A stretch of 64,000 bases of DNA from Leucoraja erinacea. Taxonomy: Eukaryota. The notes under the pieces are model-generated. The model saw nothing but the letters and a program-made list of their open reading frames with translations, did not search any database and was not told where the DNA came from. The position numbers were made by a program, and so were the translations under genes. The stretch lies in contig NC_073404.1 of assembly GCF_028641065.1 (NCBI RefSeq), forward strand, positions 13,950,001-14,014,000. Reading direction: 5' to 3'. Below are positions 35,314-63,908 of the stretch, piece after piece (positions within the stretch are counted from its first letter, which is position 1; each line of letters begins with the position of its first letter).

Positions 35314-38300
35314 ATGTCCAGCGAGAGCCTGGAGACCTTCGAGGAAGCGCACTACGACGAGTACGAGTACTACAACCTGGCGGATTACCAGGCTCACGGC
35401 GGCGGGAAGGGGAGGAGGCAGCACTGGGCGGCCGGCAACGGGAGGAAGGTGGCGGAGAAACTGTACAACAGCGAGATGAAGAAGAAGCGGCTCCGGAGCT
35501 CGGTCAAGCCACGGGGCAAAGCTCCACCCTGTCCCGGGAAACCCCGCCAGGTACACAGCCCGGCCCAGGTGCGGTCTGTCCGCAGCTGTGCACCCCTTCG
35601 CGCCCAGATGTGCACCACCACGGCTCCTTCACACATAGCTGTGCAACCTCTGTTCTCTCACAAGTCGTCTCTCCTCTCATGCAGTCTCCTCACCTCTCAT
35701 GCAATCTCCTCACCAACCCAAAAGGACGCAGAGTGCATGAATAAGTCACCGGGTCAGGAGCATCTCTGGGGAACATGGATAGGTAACGTCTGGGGAGGGG
35801 GAGACCCTTCTTCAGACTCGATAGGTCACCTATCAATTCCCCAGAGATGCTGCCTGACCCGCCGAGTTACTCCGACACTTGAGTATTGACCAGCATCTTC
35901 ATGGCTATCTGGACTACACTTCTTCCCACCCTGCTTCCAGTAAGGACTCCATCCCCTACTCCCAATTCCTCCGTCTACGCCACATATGCACCCAGGATGA
36001 GGTGTTCCACACCAGGGCATCTGCGATGTCCTCATTCTTCAGGGAACGGGGGTTCCCCTCTTCAACTATAGACGAGACTCTCACCAGGATCTCTTCTATA
36101 CCCCGTGACTGCTCTCATTCCCTATTCCCCCACTCGTAACAAGGGCAGAGTCTCCCTTGTCCTCACCTTCCACCCTACCAGCCGTCACATACAACAAATA
36201 ATCCTCCGACATTTTCGCCACCTCCAATGTGATCCCACCACTAGCCACACCATCCCTTCTCCTCCCGTCTGCTTTCCGCAGAGACCGTTCCCTCCGTAAC
36301 TCCCTGGTCAATTCGTCCCTTCCCACCCGAACCACGCCCTCTCCGGGCACCTTCCCTTGCAACCGCAGGAAATGATACACTTGTCGCTTTACCTCCCCCC
36401 TTGACTCCATTCATGGACCCAAGCAGTCTTTCCAGGTGGCAGAGGTTCACCTGCACCTCCTCCAACCTCATCTATTGCATCCGCTGCTCTAGATGTCAGC
36501 TGCTCTACATCGGTGAGACCAAGCATAGGATTGGCGATCGCTTAGCCAAGCACCTCTGCTCGGTTCGCAATTTTTTTTTTTTTTTTTTTTCAAAATAGAC
36601 TTTATTCAATTGATAAATATATACAATTCCTGAACCATTCAAACAAACAAAATTCATCCGACATTTTCGGAGACTATACAAGTTTTTTTCAGTACAATTT
36701 GTTTACATTTGTCAAATTTCACCAAACAGTCCCCTACCCGTGCCACTCTGTGGCCCCTGTCCAAGTAATAAATATATACAGTGTTTACAGTGCGAAAATT
36801 CCACCTGACATTTTAATTTCCACAAATAATGTCCTCCACCCGTGCCACTCATGTGCCCCCCTGGCGTGGGATACCTTCCCTTAATTTAATTTGAGGGGCG
36901 TCTCCACCATACCGTGCCCCCTATGCCCAGCAGCGGAAGGACCATAGACTGTGGCCCTCCCCCACCGAGCCTTGGCGTTGGCTGCACCAAGCTTCAGCGA
37001 GTCCCTTAGCACGTACTCCTGCAGTCTGCAGTGGGCCAGTCGGCAACATTCCCTGACGGACATCTCGCTCTGCTGGGTGGTGAGCAACGCTCGGGCAGAC
37101 CAAAGAGCGTCTTTGACCGAGTTGATGACCCTTAAGCAGCACTCGATGTCGGTCTCTGAATGTGTCCCTGGGAACAGTCCGTAAATCACAGAGTCCTCTG
37201 TGATGGAGCTGTTCGGGATAAATCGTTCCAGGGACCCTTGCATACCTCTCCAGACTCTTTTTGCGACCCACACCCTGCAAAGAGGTGGGCAACCGTCTCC
37301 TGTCCACCGCAACCGTCCCGGGGGCAGCGTGAGCTGGTAGTGAGGTTCCGACGGTGCAGGAAGGATCTAACTGAGAGGGCTCCCCTCACCGCCAGCCAAG
37401 CCAGGTCTTGGTGCTTGTTGGTCAGTTCTGGCGATGAGGCATTTTGCCAGACAAGCTGGGCAGTCTGCTCTGGGAACCACGCCACCGGATCCATCGAGTC
37501 CTTTCCCTGCAGTGCCTGCAGGACATTCCGTGCTGACCACTGCCCGATGGACTTGTGGTCAAAGGTGTTGGTCCGGAAGAAGCTTTCCACAGACGACAGA
37601 TGGGGCGGCAATGTCCAGCTGACTGGCACATTGCGTGGCATCTGCGCCAGGCCCATCCTTCGCAACACCGGGGACAGGTAGAACCTCAGCAGGTAGTGAC
37701 ACTTAGTGCCCACGTGCCTTGGCTCTACACTCCGCCTGATGCAGCCACACACAAAGGTGGCCATCAGGATGAGGGCGACGTTGGGCACACTTTTAGCCCC
37801 GTTGTCTGCCGACTACCGCTCGGTTCGCAATAACCAACCTGATCTCCTGGTGGCTCAGCACTTCAATTCCCTCTCCCATCCGGAATCGGACCTTTCTGTC
37901 CTGGGTCTCCTCCACGGCCAGAGTGAGGACCACTGTAAATTGGAGGAGCAGCATCTCATATTTCGCTTGGGCAGTTTGCACCCCAACGGTATGAACATTG
38001 ACTTCTCTAAGTTCAGGTAGTCGTTACTTTCTCACCTTCTCAGCTCTCCCTCAGCCCACTGGCTCCACCTCTTCCTTTCTTTTTCCCCCCCCCCCCCCCC
38101 CCCCCCTCACATCAGTCTGAAGAAGGGTTTCGACCCGAAACTTTGCATATTTCCTTCACTCCATAGATGCTGCCTCACTCGCTGAGTTTCTCCAGCATTT
38201 TTGTCTACCTTCTGCAGTTCTTTGTTTATCCACCCCAACTCTGCTGTGCAGCCTCCATGTGTCTATTCTCATTTTGAATTTTGTTAACATCAGGTCTCCG

Positions 38301-38508
38301 GCGAACCTTTCCAATTCAGGTCGCTTCCGATTCATTCCTCACACTCTGGGCGAGTACGTGGCTCTAGTCTGAATGAGGGAGGTTGCCCACAACTGAAGTC
38401 TGCACATTGTTTGAATGTGATCCCAGCCCACGGCAGGACTAAATAGAACGTGTCTCTGCTTTGCCTTCACAGCGTCGTCGGTCCAGAGCGTTGCCTCTTG
38501 TTTCCTGA
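35314..38508 (+). CDS. Nuclear protein 1 (p8) family protein, NUPR1/NUPR2-like; probably two coding exons
   Basis: Exon 1 from ATG 35314: MSSESLETFEEAHYDEYEYYNLADYQAHGGGKGR...RKVAEKLYNSEMKKKR, matching p8 motifs FE..Y/FDEY.YYNL, GG.KGR and RK...KL.NSE.KK. In-frame donors after 35550 or 35568. Candidate exon 2 at 38473-38508 (RRRSRALPLVS*) after the acceptor tgctttgccttcacag. Exon 2 is inferred; family assignment is firmer than the paralogue name. Confidence 0.78.
36572..37817 (-). mobile_element. Tx1-clade non-LTR retrotransposon, 5'-truncated
   Basis: Minus ORFs with DLAWLAVRGAL...CPRDGCGGQETVAHLFAGC (Tx1 C-terminal Cys/His motif). Poly(A) tail seen as the T-run 36571-36590; AATAAA on the minus strand at 36601-36606. 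14-bp TSD GCTCGGTTCGCAAT at 36558-36571 and 37818-37831. Confidence 0.9.
38113..38141 (+). ncRNA. Minimal hammerhead ribozyme-like motif in Penelope pLTR
   Basis: cagtCTGAAGAagggtttcgacccGAAAc: intact CUGANGA and GAAA boxes with a 4-bp stem II closed by TTCG. Stem III palindrome is mutated. Confidence 0.6.
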
Positions 38509-41500
38509 ATGTTCCGGTGGCATTGCGTGCTTTTCAAACCCGATGAGACGGGGACGGCGACATTCCAATTGTGGAAAATCTGAGCTGAGGAATTAAAGCA
38601 CACTCTGTCGGGTTACTGAGTGCTGGAGCTGTTTATTACCGATAGAACACAGGGAAGCCACACGATGTACTTAGAGTGCTGCTTGTTGTGGGGTCTGGGT
38701 TTAGCGATTAATTTCAGTCAAGTTCTGACAAAGGGCCCCTGAACTGAAACGTTCAGTTTCTCAATAGCTGCTGCCTAATCTGCTGGACGTTTTATTAATG
38801 ATTTATTTAATACCTGCAGATTAAATTAAATGTTTTGTTGTAGTTGGACAGTGCGATGAATAATCTCGAGGGAAAACATCAAGTAGAGGCGATGAGATCA
38901 GGAGTACACAATTTAGTGTCCAGTAATGTAATCTTATTTGTAAAGACAGCTCTATTTAATGTAATGGTGTAACAATTAAGCCCAGTTAAACACGATAAAA
39001 GATGTCAGATGTTATGGGGAGAAGGCAGGAGAATGGGGTTTGGAGGGAGAGATGGATCTGCCATGATTGAAGGTGGAGTAGACTTGATGGGCCGAATGGT
39101 CTAATTCTACTCCTATTCCTTATGACTTTATGAACACCAAATCCAATGTTTCCTCGGGTAATTTAAAATGGACCCAATTCAGGTTGCAAGAGCTCCTGCT
39201 GTAAGATCAGCCATTCTCCATTGCTGATCATTACACACGGCCTCAAATGACCACAATTCTGTTCCCCTCCTTCACTCTATTTACACAGCGCCACAGCTCA
39301 ATTCCAGCCATCCTTCCCCGCCCTCTGCTGGCAGCAGCTGCCAGTGCAGCCTCTGGTGGTATGGAGGCTGCCAGGCATCTCCCACGTACTGCTCCCCAGC
39401 TCCCTCTTCTCTGAACCATTAAATATGGTTAATTTCTATCGTTTCCTCATGTTGATGAAAGCTCTTTGAACCGTGTCATTTAATGTTTCTTCTCCATACC
39501 TGCTGGAATCACTCAGGTAATCTAGCGGCAGCAGTTTAGAGTAATAGTCAGTGTTTCAGGGCCGAGATCCTGTCAGAAAAGCAAAAGGCTGAACAAAAGA
39601 AAAAACAAAGATCAAGCATTTGTATCCAAATATTTAATATTTAGGTAACGTTAAACTTGTACCAGAAGTCTTGCATGTTAAAGGCACATTAAGGCACAAC
39701 CTTTTATATAATCACTTGGTTCGGCGGTGGGACATATGGCAACAAATGCTTAATGACTGTTACAGTTTGATGGCACGACTGCAAGGATTCATCTCCACAC
39801 AAATTTCACACGAGTTACAGCCCAAACTCTGGCCATGACTGTAGATGCTCTAAATAGGTTTAAACACTCAAAAACCCAAGGTCAACTGTCAGAAGCCATC
39901 ATCGCAAAAATGTGATCCTATAAAGAAAAGCCGTTTGCATACAAATCATCACAGCTCTGAAACCCTGCACTAAAAGAAGGCACATTTATAAGACATCATT
40001 TTTGAATTCAGATTGGCCTAGCGTTTTACAGTAAATGACATTACTAATGCAGGAAACAAGCTTGGAGAAGCAGCGATGAAATGATCTGGGCTGGACACGC
40101 ACACCTCCCCTGCTACTCTCTGAAACCCAAGAATTTTCTGTGTTAGCCAAGAAAATGGATGTAGAGAGATTTTATGTCACTTTCTAAATCAGCTTCTCCG
40201 ATAGTACAGCATCCCCATAGTTCTGCATTGGAGTTTAAATGTGAAAAAGATCAAACTCAGAAGACAGAATTTCAACGTGTTGTTTGAAGAAATGCTTTCA
40301 TCACAGGTTGAAGCTGGAGTCCCCTAGACAGTTCCAGTTCTCACCGGTTGAAAATCCACTGCTGAAGGTGAACCATTGCATTTTGCAGCACTCTGGTTTA
40401 GAAAAGAGCTCAGGTTGTGCTTGCCCACCTCTCCCACAGGAAATCCAATTTATCCTTCAACACAATCTTGCTGACCTGTGTTGACTGAATACACGGATAC
40501 CACCTCGCAGGATAAAGTCTGACTTCAATCCTTCATACTGTTAACATGAGGAGCCTCAGGGTAAAATACTTCTGCAAAACAGATGACTGTAAGCAAGGAG
40601 AATGCACCAGTGAATTATGGTAATTAAATTATACTACAGATTCTATTAAAAACTGATTGCAACTGATTGCAGTGGGCCTAAAATGTTTTGGTTTGAATGG
40701 TCCACTTAGAATGTCAATATTTTTATTTCTAAAAATGCAAGATTCCCCAAAAGGTATCTGTCCCAAATTATTAAAACTAGAAACTTGGCGAGTATAGGTT
40801 GAAGCACACTCCCTTTGCTCTCTACTCTTAAGTGAACACTCAGCATTTTACACACATGAGATACCCCCACATGGAAAGCCTGCCTTTAAGCACACTCTGC
40901 ATACAGCCTCACTCAGGCTACGGACTCACAATCCTCCATAGGACTCCAAGCTCCTCTCTCCTAATGCATGGACAGTATAACTACTCCAGCTTGCCCAGTC
41001 TGACATAATTCTGCTAAATATATATACATGATCCTCAGAATTAAACAAAGCATGAAGCTGAAAACAAAATGTCTGGATAAAGAATTAAAGAACGAACAAG
41101 TCCAGCCCGTGATCAGTTAGTTTTTCCTCCCTAGGACACTGGGGAGAGTCTCGGACACACGGGAATGAATATGCATGCACAGACTCAACCATGCGCACAC
41201 ACACACATACTTCCCTGAGACCATACAATTCAACAGTCAGACAATGAAAAGCTACAGCTGTTCACATCCTTTTCATCTGCAGTTAAGGAGGTTCTGGTGC
41301 CAAGGCTCTATGTACGACTTCACCATTGAGCAAAGTGCAGGGACATTGAGTGCCACAAGCATGAGGCAGAACGCATTCTCCCGTTAAAGTTTCAGTTATG
41401 CCTCGCTGTTGTTATCAAATGCTGGAAAGCTGCATTAGAAAAGCTCAATGCAGTATATAACAATTCCATTTGGAAAACGTATAAAATTGGTTAAAAAACA

Positions 41501-41589
41501 GGCAGGTTGTCCAGCCTAAACCAGCAGAAGTTCAATAACGCTGATCATTACAACAGATATGAAGTCGGACACTGCACCAACTAGATCCA

Positions 41590-57868
<16,279 letters not shown>

Positions 57869-58879
57869 TCGGCCAGCGAGGGCCCGCCGGAGCTGCCGCT
57901 GACGCGCACAACCTGCGCCCCCCATCTGCACCGGGCCGAGGGGACGTCATCAGTCTGCTCCCGGACGATACACATGCAGCCCAGCAAAGATCCTATAGCA
58001 GATGCTCAGCCCAGCAGCAAAGATTTAGTTCGTCTATAATCTTTGCCCAACAGCGACCAAAGATCTTACAGCAGAGCTATAGGATCTTTGGCAGCGACTG
58101 CATCTTTCATTCTTCGTCTGCAGCTCCAGCTCACTCTTCTTCTTCTTCTTCTTCTTTGGAGTTTTACGGCAGCCGGCATCCACAATGTTGCATTGCTGCC
58201 ACCTCCAGCTCACTCTTCTGTAGGTGCAACTCAAGAACCAAAGGATAATCACAGATATCTCAGGTGCAAAATTAATCAGGTAGTAATTGTAGGATATTCA
58301 AAGGTTAAAAGGTTCTTTATTTGTCACATACACCAATTGGTGTAGTGAAATGCGGATTGCCATTGCAGCACATTAAAAATAATACAACATAACAATAATA
58401 AAGAAATTTAAAGATAAAAACATCCCCTACAATGGTTCCCATTATGAGGGAAGGCGCAAAGTCCAGTCCCCATTACCATGTCCACCCATTGTCGGGCCTA
58501 TTGAGACCTCCGCAGTTGCCTTTACGGAGGCCTGATGTTCCAGGCCCTTCTCGCTGGATGATGGTACTTCGGCGTCGGGAGAATCCTCCTCTCTGCGATA
58601 GCGCTCCAGTGCTGTGCCGCCGCCGAAGCCGAGGTTCTGGCTGGTCCCTTCAGGAAACACCACTCCAGGCCCCGCTGGTAGGCCGCGAGGACGGGTCGAA
58701 GGTGCTGCTCGGAGGAAAGCCGCCTCTCCGACCTGGTAGGGACCCTGAAAATCAGTTTCCCCCTCCCCAAACCCCCCTCATAAAAAAGACAACCTCCAAA
58801 AACAAAACACTTTAACTCACTAAAAATAAAAAAAAGAGGTGAGAAAACGGACAGCTGCAGGCTGGGCAGCCATATTTTG

Positions 58880-59160
58880 CCCACCTTTGCAGTTGCAGCT
58901 CCTAGACTGTGGAACAGCATCTCTCTTCCCATCAGAACTGCCCCTTCCATCAACTCTTTTAAGTCAGACTTAAAACTCATCTTTAGTCTCAAGCCTTTCT
59001 TGACGTCCCCTGAGGGAGGGCTATATGGATGTATTTATATATGTACTCAATCTATGAACCAGTGTTGTATAACGTTAACACCTCCAACAATGTAAAGCAC
59101 TTTGGCCAACGAGAGTTGTTTTTTAAATTTGCTATAGAAATAAATGTGACTTGACTTGAC
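58880..59160 (+). mobile_element. L2-type LINE 3' end
   Basis: Peptide FAVAAPRLWNSISLPIR...SFKSDLK, then aataaa and a (GACTT)n tail. Confidence 0.7.
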
Positions 59161-59519
59161 ATATTAATCTGGGCAGTGAGAGAGTGTATATATGGTGTTG
59201 AATTATTGTAATATGTTCAAGAGAAGCATGTTACAAGACCGACGGAAAACAAAAAACAGTTTATACAAGGCTTAGGTTTATAGAATGAACCTTGCAAATG
59301 GAAAGGTAGCAAAATCAGAAAACACCTCCATTTCTCACCAAAAAGTCTTTGGGCCCTCTGCATCTCTCCGGAAGATAGATTATAGAAAATAGATTTAAGA
59401 AAGAACTGCAGATGCTGGTAAAATCAAAAGTAGACACAAAATGCTGGAGAAACTCAGCGGGTGAAGCAGCATCTATGAAGAGAAGGAATTGGCGACGTTT
59501 TGGGTCAAGACCCTTCTTC

Positions 59520-60029
59520 AATAGGTGCAGGAGTAGGCCATTCTGCACTTCGACCCAGCACCACCATTCACTGTGATCATGGCTGATCATCCACGATCAT
59601 TACCCCGTTCCTGCCTTCTCCCCATATCCATTGACTCTGCTATCTTTAAGAGCTCTATCTAACTCTCTCTTGAAAGCATCCAGCGAATTGGCATCCACAG
59701 CGTTCTGAGGCAGAGAATTCCAGATTCACATTCTCTGGGTGAAAAAGTGTTTCCACATCTCCGTTCTAATTGGCCTACCCCTTATTCTTAAACTGTGGCC
59801 CCTGGTTCTGGACTTCCCCCAACATCGGGAACGTGTTTCCTGCCTCTAGCGTGTCCAATCCCTTAATAATCTTATGTTTCAATAAGATCCCCTCTTATCC
59901 TTCTAAATTCCAGTGTATACAAGCCCAGTCACTCCATTCTTTCAACATGACAGTCCCGCCATCCCAGGAATTAACCTTGTGAACCTACGCTGCACTCCCT
60001 CAATAGCAAGAATGTCCTTCCTCAAAATA
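59520..60029 (-). mobile_element. CR1/HER1 LINE 3' fragment inserted in a Penelope pLTR
   Basis: Minus peptide RKDILAIEGVQRRFTRLIPGMAGLS; 10-bp direct repeat ACCCTTCTTC at 59510-59519 and 60030-60039. Confidence 0.8.
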
Positions 60030-60319
60030 ACCCTTCTTCTCAATATTGATTTCTCAAAGTTCAAGTAACCCTTGCTTTCCCTCTCTCTTCGTCCCTCCCC
60101 TAACCAAATTCTCCAACTGTTCTCCTGATTAAATTTACTGCGATTAGTTGTTGAAAATGATGAGAATGCGGCAGAGTGATTGGTGGTCTGATTTGAAGGT
60201 GGTGAGGGAGGGCTGATCAGATGATAGGGAGAGGAACATGAGAGCTTATGAGAGGGAATGAGGTAAGGGCTGATGAGAAGAATGGAAGATGGGCTGATGA
60301 GATGGTGACGGCTATTGAG

Positions 60320-61178
60320 TAGGTATGTTACAAAACCTACCTGAATCGTCATTAGGAATCTGCCCTCAGCCATGTCGGCGATTTTGGCGCTGTTTGGAGG
60401 GGGCGGGTTTAAAACGCGATTTTTACTAGGCTGTACTAATCGCACATGTTCAGCCTAGTAAATCATTAACGAAAAATCGCTGCAAGACCCGGTCGCAAAA
60501 GGTATTATTAGTTTTATAGGCCTCGATAATATAGTTATAATAATTTTAAAATTACTGTCTCATTTCGCAACCTCTCGCAGCCCCAGGGTTTTATAAAGCA
60601 AACAATTAAAGGTATGTACCTTATTTTTACATTAAATGGGGCATATATATAACCCTATATATCAAGTTATCTATAGCGAGTGGTTCATTTTGGGCTTTTT
60701 ATATCCCGCAGTATTTTTCTCGGCATTTGAGGGCACTAATCCAGCGCTATGTCAACATTCTAAACCAGCGCGTTCCACATGAACCCACTAGAAAGCCGAT
60801 TTAAATGGGCATTTATTTACAGCAATTGAACACTAAATTCCTTCCATTTGGCCTATAAATTAATGTAAATTAGATATAAAAATCATGTTATATTGTGAAT
60901 TATTTGTGAATAATCTTTGGACACTATTTAAAAATGTTAATATTTCCTTAAGAAATGGGCGTTTGACTATCCAAGATCACAGCTTTTTTGTAATGTCCAT
61001 TGAAAATCAATAGGGAACAAGATGCTAATTTCCGAGTATGAAAATGGTCATAACTTTTTTAATACTTGAGATATGAAAGTGAATTTGGTGTCAAATTAAA
61101 CTTATTGTTATGCTTTATCTGATGGGATAAATTGCAGACTTGATTTTTTTTTAATCTCAAAATTTTGTAACATTGCTA
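60320..61178. mobile_element. Non-autonomous TIR DNA transposon (hAT-like termini)
   Basis: TIRs TAGGTATGTTACAAAA / TTTTGTAACATTGCTA; TSD TATTGAG at 60313-60319 and 61179-61185; splits a gggctgatgaga minisatellite. Confidence 0.78.
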
Positions 61179-61429
61179 TATTGAGAATGGGGGGGAGCGG
61201 TAAGGGCTGATGAGAACATGGCAGAGATGATGAAAACATGGTGGAAGGGAGATGCAAGGGAGCAAATTCATACACAACTGCAGTTGGAAATCTGATTTGA
61301 GCACAGGATGAAGTGGAAGTGCTCAGCGGGTCGAGCAGCGTCTGCGGCGGTAATTTCCTCCGGGTGGCGGGAACTGGGCGATGGATGTTGCTCCGCTGCG
61401 CCCCTTGGCGTCGCTAGATTTGCTGCGCA

Positions 61430-61459
61430 GGAAGCTTCCAGCACCTTCCAGAATATTCG
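61430..61459. promoter_or_regulatory. Heat-shock element upstream of CCT6
   Basis: gGAAgcTTCcagcaccTTCcaGAAtaTTCg: 5 of 6 alternating nGAAn pentamers in phase. CCAAT boxes near 61487 and 61694 within a CpG island. Confidence 0.75.
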
Positions 61460-61785
61460 TCGAATCAATCGCTGAGGTGTTGTCGGCCAATCGGCGAGCG
61501 TCACAATGCCGGCAGGTTGATTGACAGGGCGGCTCACCATTTAAACGCAGAGCGATGACGCACCAGGCAATCACCGCAGCGGAGGCGGAACGTCCTGCAG
61601 TTCATTCCGTTTTCTGGCTGCGTGAACCCGCCCCCCTGCGCTTGTGATTGACGCGCCGGATGACCATACAGAGGGCAGCGTTCGGGCCGCTCAGCCAATG
61701 GTGGGGGGGGTTGCGGCGGTCTGTGGCGTCAGTTGTGCTGCTGCGGCTGTACAGAGCGGGTGTGTGCTTCCTCGTGGTAGTCAGC

Positions 61786-62239
61786 ATGTCTGCGATCAAG
61801 GCGTTAAACCCCAAAGCCGAGGTGGCCAGGGCCCAGGCGGCCTTAGCCGTCAACATTAGTGCCGCGAGGGGGCTGCAGGATGTGCTGAGGACCAACCTGG
61901 GACCGAAGGGTACAATGAAGATGTGAGTGGGGGGAGGAAGCGTCTAGGCCGGGGGGGTGGGTGGGAGTGGCTCGTGCAGAGTCATGGCGGCCGAGCCAGA
62001 TCGGGCCTGATTCATTCACCCGATCGAGCGAATTCAAATCGCCTTTAATTCTGAACCGCTGCGTCGCTACCTCCGCTGATCCAGTTTTCTTTCTTGTACT
62101 TGCTGGTGCTTCGGCACAAGGACCGCCGTCTGTAATCTCATGTGAAGCTTTATTCCTATTCATTTCTTCTCACAGGCTGGTTTCTGGCGCTGGTGACATC
62201 AAGCTCACCAAAGATGGCAATGTTCTGCTGCGTGAAATG
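61786..62239 (+). CDS. CCT6A: T-complex protein 1 subunit zeta (CCT6), exons 1-2; gene continues beyond the window
   Basis: Exon 1 61786-61922 [46 protein letters not shown]; exon 2 62176-62239 [21 protein letters not shown]; GT-AG boundaries. Confidence 0.95.
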
Positions 62240-62525
62240 GTAAGTGTTACCAAGACCGGCGAGAAACGGAATAGTGGTTGCAAATTACTACATCTAAAAT
62301 GGAACATTTATTATATTCATTATTTCAACAGTAACAAATATATATTAGCGTGTTCCTTCTAAGTTAATTTAAGCGATATTGTCCGATCCGCGGAGTTACT
62401 CCAGCAATTGTGGGTTTTTTTTGTAAACCAGCATCTGCAGTTCCTGTGTCTGTTCGAAGTGAATTAGCGCGTTTACACTTAATCATAGAACTGACCAATT
62501 TGGCATTCTGGGCTAGTCCCATTTA

Positions 62526-63908
62526 CAGTGCTCTCCATAATGTTTGGGATAAAGACCTATCATTTATTTATTTGCCTTTGTACTCCACAATTTGAGATTT
62601 GTGATAGAACAAATAACATGTAGTACACATTGTCAGATTTTAGTAAATTGTAATAATTAAATACATTTGGTTTCACCATGTCGAAATTACAGCAATGTTT
62701 ATACATAGTTCCCCCATTTCAGGGCATCATAATGTTTGGGACACAGCAATGTCATGTTTAGTGTTTTGTTGTATATCTTTTGCATGCAATGACTGCTTGA
62801 TGCCTGCGTTTCATGGACATCACCAGTTGTAGGGCGTCTTCTCTGGTGATACTCTGCCAGGCCTGTATTGCAGCCAATTTTAGCTTGTACGTGTTTTGGG
62901 GGCTAGTCACCTGTTTTCTTTTCAGCACAAAAGGCATGCTCAATTGGGTTCAGATCGGGTGATTGTCTTGGCCACTCAAGAATTGACCACGTTTTAGCTT
63001 TGAGAAATGCTTTAGCAATATGTTTGTGATCATTGGCTTGCTCTAGAATGAACTACCTGCCAATGAGTTTTGAGTCATTTGTTTGAACTTGTGCAGATAG
63101 GATGTGTCTATGCACTTCAGAATTCATTATGCTACTACCATCAGCAGTTGTATCATCAATGAAGATACATGAGCCAGTGCCTTCAGCAGCCATACATCCC
63201 CAGGCCATTACACCTCACCACTGTGTTTCACAGATGAGGTGGTATGCTTTGGATCTTGGGCAGTTCCTTTTCTTCTCCATACTTTGCTCTTGTCATCACT
63301 CTGATACAAGTTAATCTTCATCTCGTCTGTCCAGAAAACCTTTTTTCCAGAACTGTGGTTACTCTTTTAAGTACTTCTTGGCAAACTGTAACCCAGCCAT
63401 CCTATTTATGTGGCTAACCAGTGGTTTGCATTTTGCAGTGTAGCATCTGTATTTCTGTTCATGAAGACTTCTGTGGAGAGTGGTCATTGACAAATCCACA
63501 CCTGACTCCTGAAGAGTGTTTCTGATCTGTTGGACAGGTGTTTGAGGATTTTTCTTTATTATAGAGAGAATTATTCTGTCATAGGCTGTGGAGGTCTTCC
63601 TTGTCCTGCCAGTCCCTTTGCGATTAGTAAGCTCACGAGTGCCCTCTTCTGAATGATATTCCAAACAGTTGAATTTGGTAAGCCTAAGGTTTGGTTGATG
63701 TCTCTTAACAGATTTATTTTTGTTTTGTCATTATCATAATGTGTCATTCTTAGGCTTTCATTGGCACAACTTTGGTCCTCATCTTGATAAACAGCAATAA
63801 AAGCCTCTAAATGTGATGGAAAGACGAGCTGCTGAGAGCTCTTATAGCTTTATTAATTGCATTAAGGAGGCAATTAAGTCTATGTCCCAAACATTATGGA
63901 GGACACTA
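62526..63908 (-). mobile_element. Tc1-family transposon, defective and internally deleted
   Basis: TA|CAGTGCTCTCCATAATGTTTGGGA left TIR with an inner direct repeat at about 62727; right TIR tcccaaacattatggaggacact. Minus peptides GRTRKTS...DRIIL...KKNP and AWQSITRE...LVMSMKRRHQAVIACK. Confidence 0.88.

Larger units (their letters stand above)
35886..38225 (+). mobile_element. Penelope-like element (RT C-terminus, GIY-YIG endonuclease, pLTR), interrupted by a Tx1 insertion
   Basis: Peptides YLDYTSSHP...[37 protein letters not shown] (GIY-YIG) and LEEQHLIFRLGSLHPNGMN. Hammerhead-bearing tail at 38113-38225. Confidence 0.9.

Noticed and set aside
35221-35889. 222-aa single-exon ORF
   Set aside because: It starts at GTG, and its 3' half runs into low-complexity and Penelope-derived sequence. 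Only 35314 to about 35568 is p8-like.
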